A DNA stretch of 64,000 nucleotides. Source: Lama guanicoe. Its lineage: Eukaryota. Below the pieces are notes generated by a model. That model was not told the origin of the DNA. It ran no database searches and saw only the letters and a program-made list of their open reading frames with translations. A program made the position numbers and the translations under genes. Position 1 is the stretch's first letter. Every line of letters begins with the position of its first letter. The DNA lies in assembly GCA_013239625.1 (NCBI GenBank), contig MU053823.1, forward strand, positions 565,565-629,564, given 5' to 3'. Of this stretch, positions 10,681 to 22,537 are shown piece after piece.

Positions 10681-13450
10681 CAGTCTAACAGAAGGAGGTA
10701 AGACGAAAAGGAAATAAATCCACCTGCCAGCCTCTCCCATCCTTTACACATCCCTTCCATGCGAAAATCTTGCCCTCTCCATCCTCCTCCCCAAAGGAGG
10801 TGGCTGTTACTTCTAGTGTCATATTTTAGTTACTTTATTATATTTTGGCTTTTAAAATTCAGGGTGTCTTGATTTTCAGCGTGGATCTCCATTTCAGTTT
10901 GTGTCTGAAGGACAGAAGAACATAGGTTGAATCGGCCTGGGTTTTCTGAATTCCAGAGACTGGATTCAAAGCCCAGAGGTGGGAGGAGTGTAGACCTTGC
11001 TTAGTGAATTTCAAGCAGCCAATTCTTAGGGTAAAGGACAAATTTCATCCTGTTCTGAATAATCCTACTATTCAGAAAACTTGGTGTCCACAGGGATAAA
11101 ACTTCAGACCCAAAGGTAAAGGCCGACAGCTGCCAGACAGAGGCGGGAGGCAGGGAGGGCCCTTAGTCAATACTGCCTGCCCCCCCGGGGCCGAGCGAGC
11201 TTTGCCTCCAGTGGGAGATAAAGGGAATTTGTTAAATAAAGAAGCAGTTGGGGCCGACAAAAGCTCCTGGCACAGGAAGTTAGTTCAACTAAGGATACCG
11301 ACGTGTAGGCATTTGAATAGCTTCCTCGGTGTGAGGTTGAAGTGAAACCAGATTGTAAAGCAGCAGCAGCTGGTGGCAAGTGTCCTGGTTCCTGGGTGGT
11401 GGATGTAAACCCTGGGGTCCTGGGAGAAAGTGTCCTTGAGAATTTTGAAAGGTTAAATGCCTGGGAAGTTACTTTAATGCAAAGTAGTGCTACCTTCAAG
11501 TATAACTACCAAGCAAGCTAGCGATCAGAAAAGCTCACCGATCAGACTGAGATGCTAGGGTCGTATTAAATTAATTAAAACTCACCTGGCACAAAGCATG
11601 GGGCATGAGATGGGTCACACTAATGCCCTCAGGATAGGGTCTCAGGTCGGGTAGAACGGGTAGCAATGTTCATTCGATCATCTCTCGAATGCATGATAGG
11701 GTTACAATGACCAAGGACTGAGGATGAGAATGTGAGAGTGAATTAGGGCAGAAGGAATGTACCTGGACACAATCACGCTGGCCCCCTCTGGCAGAGACAT
11801 CAAGGGCACATACTCCTGGCCAAAAAAGTAGCTCTCCGTAGCTTGATGAGCAGCCGGGGAATTTATTTTCACTACATGCGGAGAATACATGGGTTGGAAT
11901 GGGTGTCACCAATGGATGGTCAATTTAAGAGCGATGGATGTTGAGCGCCCCTGGTACATAAGGATATTTAGTGTTGGACTAAATAAGAGAACCAGGTGCC
12001 TCTTGCGCCTTCCATTCCTTTCTGAGTCCTTTACACATGCGCTCTAAATACGTCTTCCTGGTTACTCACTTATCTACAGTCAATGTGCTGTATATTTCAT
12101 TTGTTTTCCATAGTCCAAGTGACCATTCTCAGACAATACAGTAGTAAGTGCACTTTACACGAGATTAGCCACACACTCTGGGTCCTTCTGCAACCCTTCC
12201 CTAATTTTTAGCCTCATCCAGACCCTAGATCTCATTTCTTAGGTCTCATCCTTCCTCAGCTACTTAATCCTCCAGCCACACTTAACATTCCCCAAATTGT
12301 GTAAGGCTTTGCAGATTCCTTCAGTGCTGTGTGATGAGCCATTAAACCCAATGCACCAATTCCCACTGATTCTCTGATCAATTTCTCTCATTAGGTCGAT
12401 AAAAATGGTTCCTTTTACCTACTGAGTCTACCCTCTATGAAGAAAAAGCCTTTGTTGAAGTACCTGCTACAACAGTCTCCATCAGGATAAGAGAAAAATT
12501 ATCATTATTCTTAACTCCATGGACAGCTCTTTACAGTGTCTTTCCGTACGACATTTACATGTTCCAAAAGAACAGCGACAGATAAATCGAGTTTCAGCTT
12601 GGGGGAAAATACTTAATAAAAGTACTTTACATTTATATGGCACTCTCTTATACGGGAAAATGTTTTAAAATTTTATTTCATATGATCCTTAAGCTATGCT
12701 CTGAAGTTAACTACCATTTATATGTAAAGAAACCGAAGTTCTGGAAATTTAGTCAACAAATCCAACGTTGGATTGCCTTCCCTTCACTGTCTGAGTTGAC
12801 TCTCACCCGTCTGCATTGGGAAACTGCATGTCCCTTTAAAATCCACTGTCATCCATTTTCTGTCCCTACTGTCCTTTATAATAAATCAAGCTAAAATTTA
12901 AGAATCACTTCAAAATTCATCCTTCATTAGTTTATACGAAGAATATTTGTTAATAGTTACTACGTATCAGATACTTTGCTAGGTGTTGAGTTTAGCCAAA
13001 TAGACATGGTGCTTGTCTTCTTAGAGATAACATAAATGGTTAAATCCTTTAACCTTAGATAGTATTATCTTAGTTGATTCTAAACTAACATTTATAGCAA
13101 CTATATGACCAGTGCTGTGATAACTACTTTAACTGAATTCTCTCATTTATTTTTCATAAAACAAGATGAGATATCCTTACCCTGTTATAGCTGATGAGGG
13201 TTACAGCATGAACAATAATTTCCCAATGGACACACATCTAAAAGAGCTGACTCCAGAATCTGAATTCTTAGCTATACTTCTATATAAATTTCTCCCCATT
13301 TCAGAATGTTCACAGTATCTCCATTTTTAGTATTTATTTATTTCTAATTGTGTTACACCCTTAAAAACAACCATCTTTTCCCTGAGCATGTGAATGCCTC
13401 TCCCATCTTTACCTTGTAGACTTTTAAACAAATCTTTAAACATTATTTTT

Positions 13451-13550
13451 GGGGGAAGTAATTAGGTTTATTTATTTGTCTTTCAACAGAAGTCCTGGGG
13501 ATTGAACCCAGGACCTTGAATGCACTCTACGACTGAGCTATACCCTCCCC
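13451..13550 (-). mobile_element. tRNA-derived SINE, Vic-1-like (internal deletion)
   Basis: gtaattaggtttattt...ggggattgaacccaggacc...tgagctataccctcccc. Confidence 0.8.
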
Positions 13551-13619
13551 TGCCAGGTGGAGGGTTTGTCTTAACTTGAAGATGAAACCATTTCTTTTCA
13601 GGCATCTGAGAGAACATGT

Positions 13620-15540
13620 TAAAAAGTAGGGACATCAACACCCATATTTCGATTTCTGGATACCAATAAAAGGAGCCAGGGATCCTTAGAGAAATGTATT
13701 ATTCTACATTTGGCATGTGTAAAGGCTCCTGGAGACAAACTAAAAGAGCTCCCAATGGCCAAAGCCGGAACAGTTTAAAGTTTCCTTCCACTGCCCCACG
13801 CCCCACGATGCCACCAGCAACAAAGAGACATACATAAACGAGACTAATAAAAAAAAAAGGTACTATTCAAAAAAATTTTAAATGATATTTACTAGTTGAG
13901 GAAAAAACTGTATTTCATACCACACCCATAAATTCCAGAAGAATCAAAGATTTAAACATAAATGAAAACTATAAAATACTAGCAGAAACGCTGGTAAGTA
14001 TTTCTACTATTTAGTACTTATGATACTGAGATGAAAAAGTCCTTGTTAAGGAATTAATACACAAAGGCTATAAATGAAAAAAATTGTTAAATATGATTAA
14101 TAGTTACTTTTTAAATGTTCTGTGGGGCAGAACAAAATACTTCATTGTCTTTACCCACTCATGCATTGCTGGACACCTGGGTTGCTTCCACTTCTTGGCT
14201 ATTGTGAATAGTGCTGCTATGATTATGTGTGTGCAAATATCTCTTCAAGACTCTGCTTTCAATTCTTTTGGATATATATCCAGAAGTGGGACTGTTAGAT
14301 TATATACTGGTCTATTTTTCATTTTTTAAGGAAACTCCATAGTATTTTCCATAGTGGTTATACCATTTTACTAGCCCATTAAAAAAAGTTAAAACTTTTT
14401 CACTTCAAAGGATATTATCAAGAGTGTGAAAAGACAATCCACAGAATGGAACTGGCAAATCATATTATCGATAAGAGACTCACTCAGACTACATAAAGAA
14501 CTCTTACAACTCAATAAAAATAATAAATAAAAAATAAAAATTCAAGTAACAAATTAAAACACAGGCCAAGGACTTGAAAAGACATTTCATCAAAGAAGAT
14601 ATACAAATGGTCAACAAGCACATGAAAAAATGTTCCACAGCAGTAGCTATTAGGGAAATGCAAATCAAAACCACATTGAGATATCATTTCACACCGACTA
14701 GGATGCATAAAATCAAAAAGTCAGATATTAACAAGTGTTGTTTAGAATGTAGAGAAAGTAAATCCCTCATACATAGCACAAAAATATCTCCCTATTCATT
14801 TATGTTGAATATCTGCATATATTCCATTACAGGATGTTTCAAAGTCTCATTTTATCAGTTTCCTATCAGAATATTTAGGTTTTTATATCACCTCTTAATT
14901 CTCTTATTTTCAGTTTTGTTTTTACCTTTTTATTATACAGATTTATTTTTACATAATTCATATTATTATAAAGTTCACCCACTTAAAGTATACAATTCAA
15001 TAATTTTTAGCATTTTTACAGTTGTGTAACCACTACTATAATCTAATTTTAGAGTGTTTCCATCACCCCCAAAAGAAACTTTGTACCCATTTGAAGTCAT
15101 TCCCTAATTCTCTGGACCCTCACCCACTTGTTTTTCCTCCCCTTAGTTCTAGGTCACCACTCATTCATCTACCTTCTTTCTCTCTATAGATCTGTCTGTT
15201 CTGGAAATTTCATATAAATTGAGTCATATAACATGTGGTCTTTTGGTGACTGGCTTCACATACTTATGTTTTTAAGGTTCATACATATTATAGTCTATAC
15301 CAGTACTTCACTCCTTCTTATGGCTAAATAATATTGCGTTATATGGATAAACCACATTTGGGTATCCATTTATCTATCAATGGATATATGGGTTGTTTCC
15401 AGCTTGGGTTATTGTGAATAACGCTGCAGTGAACACTTGTGAACAAGTTTTTATGTGGATACGTTTCCATTTTTCTTGGGTAATATATCTAGGAGTGGAA
15501 ATACTAGGTCTTATGGTAACTATTTTATTTAAAAACTCTA
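13620..15540. mobile_element. Cluster of old L1 fragments in both orientations
   Basis: 14385-14770 (+) translates to L1 ORF2 C-terminus-like KRHFIKEDIQMVNKHMKKCST...REMQIKTTLRYHFTPTRM; 14140-14370 and 14940-15530 are reversed L1 3' regions. Confidence 0.85.
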
Positions 15541-16039
15541 CTTTATGTATTTTGTCTTGTTTCTTCTCCAAAAGACATCCTTTTCAAAATATTCCTCCTC
15601 TGATAGATACACATGGTTCACAGACAAGGAAATACAAATCAACAAAGAGCAAAAAAATGCTCAATCGCATAATAAAAATGCAGATTTAAAACAGAGGTTC
15701 CCTTTCTCGCTTCAGATGGATAAAGATTAAACGTTTCATAGTGAAACATTTTAGTAAAAGTGTGCGAAAACTGGCACCCTTATATCCTGTTGGTATTTTA
15801 ACTTTATTCCAGTCCTGGAGCATTTAGTTAAGAGACAGGGTGCCAGTTCCAGTTTTGAAGATTCATTCTTTTTTTTTTTTTTAATGAGATTTGAATTTAA
15901 TCTCTGCAACCTATCCCAACTCAGGTAAGTCAGTCCTATCAATTAAGTCACGAAGCATTGAGAAATCCAGAAAGGGTAGTTAAATTCTCTTCAGAATAAG
16001 AAAGGCGGGAAATACCTGCATCTGAACGTCTGCTGGCTT

Positions 16040-16560
16040 CCAAGCACGTCCCGCGTTTTAGCCAGAAAGGGCCTGAGCGCAGCGAGAGGCCGCCCGCGCC
16101 TGCGCAGTGAGGGCGGCTGGCGGGGACCCGGCGCGGCCGAAGCCCCGCCTCTCGCCCGGGCTGCGGTTTCGTCCCGGCCTCCGAATGCGGGGCTGGCGAG
16201 CTGGCGGTCGCGGCCGCAAAGCTACGCCTGGCGGTGACCGGGCTGCGCACCCCGGGACGCCCCGCGCGCTCTGCGCCCCGGGACGGCCGCGGAGGGAGCA
16301 GGGAGGGGACCCCCAAGAGGATGGTGGACACCCGGAGGGTCCTGCAGCCTCAGCGGCGCCGCCGCCGCCACCGTGGACCACAGATCACGGACGCAGATTT
16401 GTTACTAGATTCGCTGGTGCCGCTCTTTGGGACTCGACATCCAAGAAGTTCTCCCTGATGATAAGAGGACGGCATGGTAAAGACTCGGAACGTAGAGCCA
16501 GAGCTGGTCGGCTCCCCTGCAGCCCGGTCCCCGACATCATCCACAGCATCCCGTAGCTCT
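16040..16560. promoter_or_regulatory. CpG island between NANOG and SLC2A3 with NRF1 motif (16096-16106) and GC boxes
   Basis: Dense retained CpGs in AT-rich surroundings; GCGCCTGCGCA; GGGCGG/CCCCGCC motifs. Confidence 0.8.
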
Positions 16561-16827
16561 GAGGCTCCAGGCTCAGAGGCGCTCCCTCTGCTTCTCCCCT
16601 GAAACGCATGCCCAGCCCTGAGCAGGGGCCGCCAGCCCAGCCTCAGCGGGAGCGACCCAGTCGTAGCCTTGGCCAAATTTCTGCAGCAATACTTTGGGGC
16701 ACCCCAAAACCCCACCCTCCATGGCCTTTTTGACCTGGAATTTTATCTGAAGTCCAGGTGGCTCTGGGAGTTGTGGAAGGAGGAAGTCCTGTTAGTCAAG
16801 AACCACTTCAGCCAGCCAGCCATCTAA
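16321..16827 (+). pseudogene. Decayed intronless ~168-codon frame, possibly an old retrogene; weak by-eye resemblance to EID family
   Basis: aggATGG start; one frame to TAA 16825-16827 interrupted only by TGATGATAA (16456-16464) and TGA (16600-16602); ATTAAA at 17445-17450 with GT-rich downstream sequence. Confidence 0.35.
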
Positions 16828-17933
16828 CATTTATTGTGGCCATTATCCATTTACTGCCTCAGCTCCAGATTCACACTTCAAAACCTGTTTTGTGGTCATG
16901 GCTGGAATTCCCTTTATATCATCTCTTTAGAATGTTAATAAGCACAATGAAGTTTTCTCAGCTGATGGTGCTAGAAGGGTATTGTAGGAGGAAGGGCCTT
17001 CTGCTGGTGCCAGGGGCGACACCACAGATCAGCAGTGTAGATGAGGGAGCATTTGGTGGGGCCCTCCCCTAGCCATGCCTATGGGATGCAAGCTGCCTCA
17101 GCCCCCTCCCAGCCCCAGCACAGATTGGGCAACCACTGTCCTCAAGGCCCCAAGCCTCTCACCTTGGTGCCCTGACTCCCTCTGAACACTCACTTATCTG
17201 GCCACCAGGTGCGGCTCACCTGCTTGCCTGGGGAAGGCACACCAGCCCGGACTGCGCAATCCAGCCAATTCCTCTGCTATCCAGTAGGTTGCAACTATGC
17301 CTTTTCCAGTAAGATCTGAATTTCGGCTTTGGGGGGGTCCCCAAATTTGTCCTTCCTTATACTCTCCCTCAGCTCTGGGATACCATATTGAGTTCTCTGA
17401 CATCTTTTTTTTTTAACTTTTATTATAACTTGATTTTCTTTTAAATTAAACTTTCCCTGTTTAAGTTACTATGTGGCTGTATGGTTTCAGTCTTCTGACA
17501 GGAGCCAGACTGATGCACTTGATAAAAACCAGTTATATGTCAGGCAGTGTTCCATGCATAACAGGATGAGGTACGTGCTTTTGTGGCGCTTACCCTCCCC
17601 AGAGGTTGTTAACTAAGACCTGACCTGCAGAACAGACCCAGCCACGCAAAATTCTGAGGCAGAATATCCTAAGCACGAGAGGGTAAGTGTAAAGAACCTC
17701 AGAGGTCATGAACCTGATGTAGATGAGTACTAGAAGGACCAGTGGGGCTAGACTTCAGGGAGCAAAGAGAGTAAGAGATGCAGCTGAAGCAGCAAATCGT
17801 TTAGGTAAGGGAGGCAGCACTCGGCGTCAGGGCCTGTGAGGATGAGTTAAATCAGATACTCACAGCTCCGCCAGGGTCCAGGGAGTAAAATGTGTTCACC
17901 CAGATCATAGGCCAGAGCAAAGGGGTCTGGATA

Positions 17934-18350
17934 ATTTTTTTTTTAAATTTATTACTCAAAGCTATTTTTAAATTTGGCTCTCTGTGCTTATGCCTTCAAC
18001 ACTTACACGATTTTCTGCTCCTCACTAAGGAAAGCCCACTTGATCTGATCACAGACACATTTAGCTCCCGTGGACCCACCAGAGGCCCTGCTGACATGCT
18101 TTGTCCTTTTAGACAACCTGTAGGAACCTTGGGTCTTTCAGCGCGAACCCCTCCGAGTCGGCCTCGGCCTGGGCACACGCCCTAGGTGGGTGGGTTTTGG
18201 CGCTTTCCCAGCCTTCTTGGTGTAAACAATTCTACCACCGGGGGCTCCCGACAGCCCAGTTTTGTTACAGGCCGTGTTGTAGGACAGCCTAGACAGCAGG
18301 TCAGACGCTGGGCCATTCTGAGTGTCTCCAGATACCGTCCCCAAAAGAGC
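17934..18350 (-). pseudogene. RPL34: RPL34 processed pseudogene
   Basis: Intronless; 5' CTCTTTT then ATG at 18316; fragments [36 protein letters not shown]; frameshifts; AATAAA (17953-17948), poly(A), TSD core TATCCAG on both sides. Confidence 0.95.
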
Positions 18351-18887
18351 CTGGATACTACTTAAGTGTGACTATTTTAAGTAGAAGGCCTTGAGCAGGG
18401 GAATGGCATGATCTGATTTTAGATCACTCTGGTCGTGTGAAGGATGAGTGATAAAGAAGCAAAGGTGGAAAAGGGGAGCTAAGACAAACCAGTTTTGGAG
18501 AAAATGGTGTACTCATTGGGACAGCCAGGGCGTTTCCTTCTCTCACTCTAACACGGAGGACCACACTGGGAGGATTATGTTGGGAGTAAGGAAGGCTTGA
18601 TGGAGCTCCTGCCTGACTAGTACAAACAGAAAGTAGCATTCAAATATCTCTAGTAAGTGGATGGAAACGTAGGGAGGGAGGGTGAGAACTACATCAGCAA
18701 AAGCACAGAGGTGATGAGTGCTGACAGTGAGTGTGAACTGTTTTCTTAAATACATGGGAGTTAAGAAATGGTAACTCAGACTGAAAAGGTAGCAGCAGGG
18801 ACCTTGCCCAGGAAGGGATGTATTGAGCCAGGGGGCTTATTTTTTTTCTGTAGCTGACTGGAAACTATTGAAGGGTTTTAAGTAGGT

Positions 18888-18894
<7 letters not shown>

Positions 18895-18958
<64 letters not shown>
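18895..18958. repeat. Compound microsatellite (AT)16(AC)16
   Basis: Direct reading. Confidence 0.97.
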
Positions 18959-18960
<2 letters not shown>

Positions 18961-19284
18961 TTCTATGCCGTTTGGATGCCTTGACATCAGTGTGGAATGA
19001 ATTTTAGACCTCAGAGACTGGAGGAGAAAGGAAGTAGGAAAGAGCATGAGAGAAAATCAGAATTCTCACTGGGGAAAGCAAGCAACATAATTTATTAAGT
19101 ATGTGAAGCAATGCACTAAGGCTTTTCCATTTCATCTGCATCTTAGACTCTCGTGTAAGAAACTTACGCAAGGTTACAACAGGTACTGAGTGGCCAGTTG
19201 ATTTGAAGCTGATTTTGTTGTTACAGGAAGGACAAAACAAAACCAAAAAACCAAGCCTGTGATGCTATATATACATTCAGAATT

Positions 19285-19290
19285 TTTATT
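19285..19290 (-). terminator. SLC2A3: SLC2A3 distal polyadenylation signal
   Basis: AATAAA on - strand followed ~35 nt later by a GT/T-rich element (ttggttttttggttttgttttg); gives a ~2.3 kb 3' UTR. Confidence 0.75.
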
Positions 19291-20397
19291 TCAAAACAAA
19301 GAACCATGGTAACAATAATAGAAAATCCATTTGGAAATTATTCACAATCTGGTCACTGAGAAATGGGAAAATTTCCACACTGCAGTACTGCCAACCCACT
19401 GTTTTTGAGGAGCCAGAAGCAGACGTACAGTTAGAAGAAAGTCACCCTTCTGGCAAAGCCCCATCCTTGGCTCTTGAGCTTTTACCCACAGCACAGGCTC
19501 AGTGACCAGAGGAAATGGTGAGAACTGAGAACCAAAATACTGTCATAGGCAAGGGTTTGGCTAAAGGGCCTGAAATCTGTAAGCACCAAAGAGGGACTGG
19601 GAGATCAGGCAACATATGAAAACGGGGAGAGGGGTCCAATAGCCATCTCTAAAAATACTGGGAGACTGGATGATTGCGGAGGTGTCTGTGACCGTGGCAG
19701 GTGTGAACCCCTCCATCGCATCCAAGTCTCTGAACCGCCTGAGTTCAAAGTCTTCAGTTTGTTTCTTATCCCCTTAAAGAATGCCTCCCTCCCAGTGCCC
19801 GCAGGAGGCCACACGGCCTGATCCCACATCCTTTCCTGCTTCTGCTGTCTGACTATGCAGCCCTCCACCCTCAGTCTCAGAATGGAGGGGGCTCCCCCTC
19901 CTCTCTAACACAGGCAGCCAGATGAGACTGAGCTCCGCTGAAGCCCCGAAGGCAACCACAGATGCAGACTGCACCCAGCAGGGGCAGCGCTATTTACACA
20001 CAGAGGAATGAGTCGTCTTAACACACTCTATCCAAAAGGACATCTTAGGAACACAGAGGAAACAAGTTACCCACAAATCCACCCAGAACAAAGTGACGGC
20101 GCACATTCACGCTCTCAAGTGTGGGCCACGCTGCACATCTACTCGCAGCGACTCCAATGTGGTCTATGGGAAAGGTTCAAGCCCTTAAGGACACTTGCCA
20201 TAATACTACGGTAACATGGTGACAAGGGTAACTTGACATGGTAACAGACGTAAACAAGCATGAGATAACCCTAATGCAACAACATACTGCAACTAGATAA
20301 TAACTGTTCAGGAAAATCCTCTCCCAAAGCTGAGGTTACAAGTTCCAAGTTAGCTATGAACATCTCTGAATTCTTTTAAAGCTATGGCTTAAAGTAA

Positions 20398-20441
20398 AAT
20401 AATAATAATAATAATAATAATAGTAATAATAATAATAATAA
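20398..20441. repeat. (AAT)n microsatellite, ~14 units with one interruption, in the SLC2A3 3' UTR
   Basis: Direct reading. Confidence 0.95.
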
Positions 20442-21578
20442 AAATCTAAAATCTTCTAAAGAACAAACTGAAGAAATAATGAACCTCTACCAAGAACCCG
20501 TATTTTAGGTTGCTCACTTGGGAGGCTCTCCCACCAGAAGGTGGTACGAGTACTTAAAAAAAAAAAAACAAAACTGAGTTCACTACAGGAGAAAGAAGTT
20601 GTTTGGTCCAGTGAGGGGACAGAGGGTTTCTAGAAATAACCACCCCTTCTCTGGACTCCATCCAAAATTAGAACCCAACAACCACCATTAACTACAATGC
20701 TCATCTTAGTAATGAGCCTAGATTTCAAGTACTGCTACAGACAATCTTAAAGAAAGAAAGAAGTTCCGAAGGAAACCGATAGCTTCTTTATACAGGCACC
20801 GTGACTTTTCTGAGAAATTAAACTTGAGAGTTTTCGTCTGAAGAACAGAAATGTTTACGAGGCAACGTGCAAACCTCACACACCACATCATAGCCCCTCT
20901 AATAACGCATCACATCTCTCCCTAAATTCGTCCCTTATTGCACCGTAACCTCTTCGGTATTGAATCTTCCACCCGAGAACCTCTCTTTAAGCACCTCCCT
21001 CTAACCTCAATTTCCTTATGCTTTCATTATTTGGTAAAAGTACTTTACACTTAAAAAAATAAATATTTATGCAATAAAACCAGAAGATAAAATAAATAAA
21101 ACTCAAGTTAGTTTGCTCTGCAGAGCTGTATGGAAGTGAGGAAGGTGCTCTCAGGTGACCCCTCTCTGCCCTCCACACCCGTGTGTCTTTGCTTCCGGGT
21201 AGGTCTGAGGTTAGAGGAACCGCACCCTCCCGCTCACTCCCCTAAAGGCCCCCGGGAGCAGCATGAGACCCTAAGGGAGCAAGAGCTGGCAAAGCTGTCA
21301 GATGCCAAGGGGTCAAGCCCTCCTGAAATGAAGGTAGGTTCACTTGGTCTCTCCTTAGCAGGGGAGAGTGTCCAAGAAATGAGATTCTAAAAAGCCACTG
21401 AAAATAACGACTAACCCCGGCCTGGGGATCCTCTGAGGTCCCCTCGAGTGTGTGGGATGAGAAAGGAATCAAGTAGCAGCAATCAGAAACAGTCCTGGGT
21501 TACAACCTGATGAGGTCTCTCCCCTTGCAGGGAGAGGTTGCTTCTCCTGGTGGGAGGGAGGCGGGAGGGAGGCCTGGC

Positions 21579-21791
21579 TTAGACGTTGGTGTCCTTGGTG
21601 GGCTGGATGCTGTTCATCTCCATGACTGGGCCCTTCTCAGCGCGGTGACCCTCCTGCGCCTGCCCTTCGAAGGCGCGTGTAATTTCCTCGAAAGTCCTGC
21701 CACGGGTTTCAGGGACTTTGAAGAAGGTGAAGACCCAGAAGATAACGAGGAAGGCGGTGAAGACAATAAAAACGTAGGCTCCTAAGTAGAA
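21579..21791 (-). CDS. SLC2A3: SLC2A3 coding exon 10 (213 nt incl. TAA)
   Basis: cact[16 protein letters not shown]...[19 protein letters not shown]...[14 protein letters not shown]; spliced CDS 1485 nt = 494 aa. Confidence 0.97.
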   Translation of the reverse strand, partial: FYLGAYVFIVFTAFLVIFWVFTFFKVPETRGRTFEEITRAFEGQAQEGHRAEKGPVMEMNSIQPTKDTNV

Positions 21792-22333
21792 CTAGTGAAA
21801 GGACACAGAAAAGGGAGAGTTGATGTCAAGATCTGGTCACCAAAACTCCAGCTTCCCTCACATACACATTAGGCCTCCGGCCAGAATCCTCCTATCGCGA
21901 GTGGAAACAGGTTTCTCCAGGCGCTCGGATCTAATTTCATCGGTAACTACTGTACCTCTCTATAATTTGTGTCATTCCTTTCCCTAGTCATTAAAGTTAG
22001 CTGCTTCCAAACGCCTACTGACTATTTTAGGACTTCTATTATTTTTAAGATCTGGGTTTCCGAAAGACTCATGGAAATAGAAATGCGTTCCAGACATCCA
22101 TGCTAGGTTCTTTATTATACAGCAGCTCCTGGTCATTTTACAAGACCTACCCCATCATCAGCATCCCACGCTCAGTGAGCCTTTAAGATCATAAAGCCAT
22201 TACTGCTAGTCCAAATGATGGATTTTAAACATCGATTTGGAATCCTCTGAGGCTTATCGTGACCATTCTGTTTCTATGCAGAACTATGTATTGGCTGGTT
22301 TGAGATAGGTGAGGTGAGCTTTAATTTACTTAC

Positions 22334-22537
22334 TGCAGCCGAGGGGAAGAGCAATCCAACCAAGAAGTTGGAGGTCCAGTTGGAACAACCAGCCACTGCC
22401 ATTGCAGCTGGGCGGGGTCCCTGGCCAAAGAGTTCAGCCACGATAAACCAGGGAATGGGGCCTGGGCCAATTTCAAAGAAGGCCACGAAGACCAAGATGG
22501 CCCCAATACAGATAAAGCTCATCCAATTATAATTATC
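22334..22537 (-). CDS. SLC2A3: SLC2A3 coding exon 9 (204 nt)
   Basis: AG/GT bounded; [68 protein letters not shown]. Confidence 0.98.

Larger units (their letters stand above)
11167..16021 (-). pseudogene. Candidate cryptic 3-exon gene or pseudogene (coding parts 16021-16016, 11978-11586, 11460-11167), ~230 codons, two in-frame stops; product unrecognised
   Basis: ATGCAG|GTATTT at the CpG-island edge; 393-nt exon between ttctcttatttAG and CAG|GTGAGT; 125-nt intron; cttcccAG| into a 97-codon open frame; all junctions phase 0. Hand-built model, no homology known to me. Confidence 0.3.

Noticed and set aside
11586..11959. Alternative phase-2 reading (MYQGRSTS...) of the 393-nt candidate exon
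   Set aside because: Five stops in 124 codons, about the random expectation
14574..15029. 151-aa ORF
   Set aside because: L1 ORF2 C-terminal remnant running into unrelated sequence
15948..16715. Other ORFs of 107-149 aa across the first CpG island
   Set aside because: Explained by GC content; only the 16321 frame continues into lower-GC, protein-like sequence
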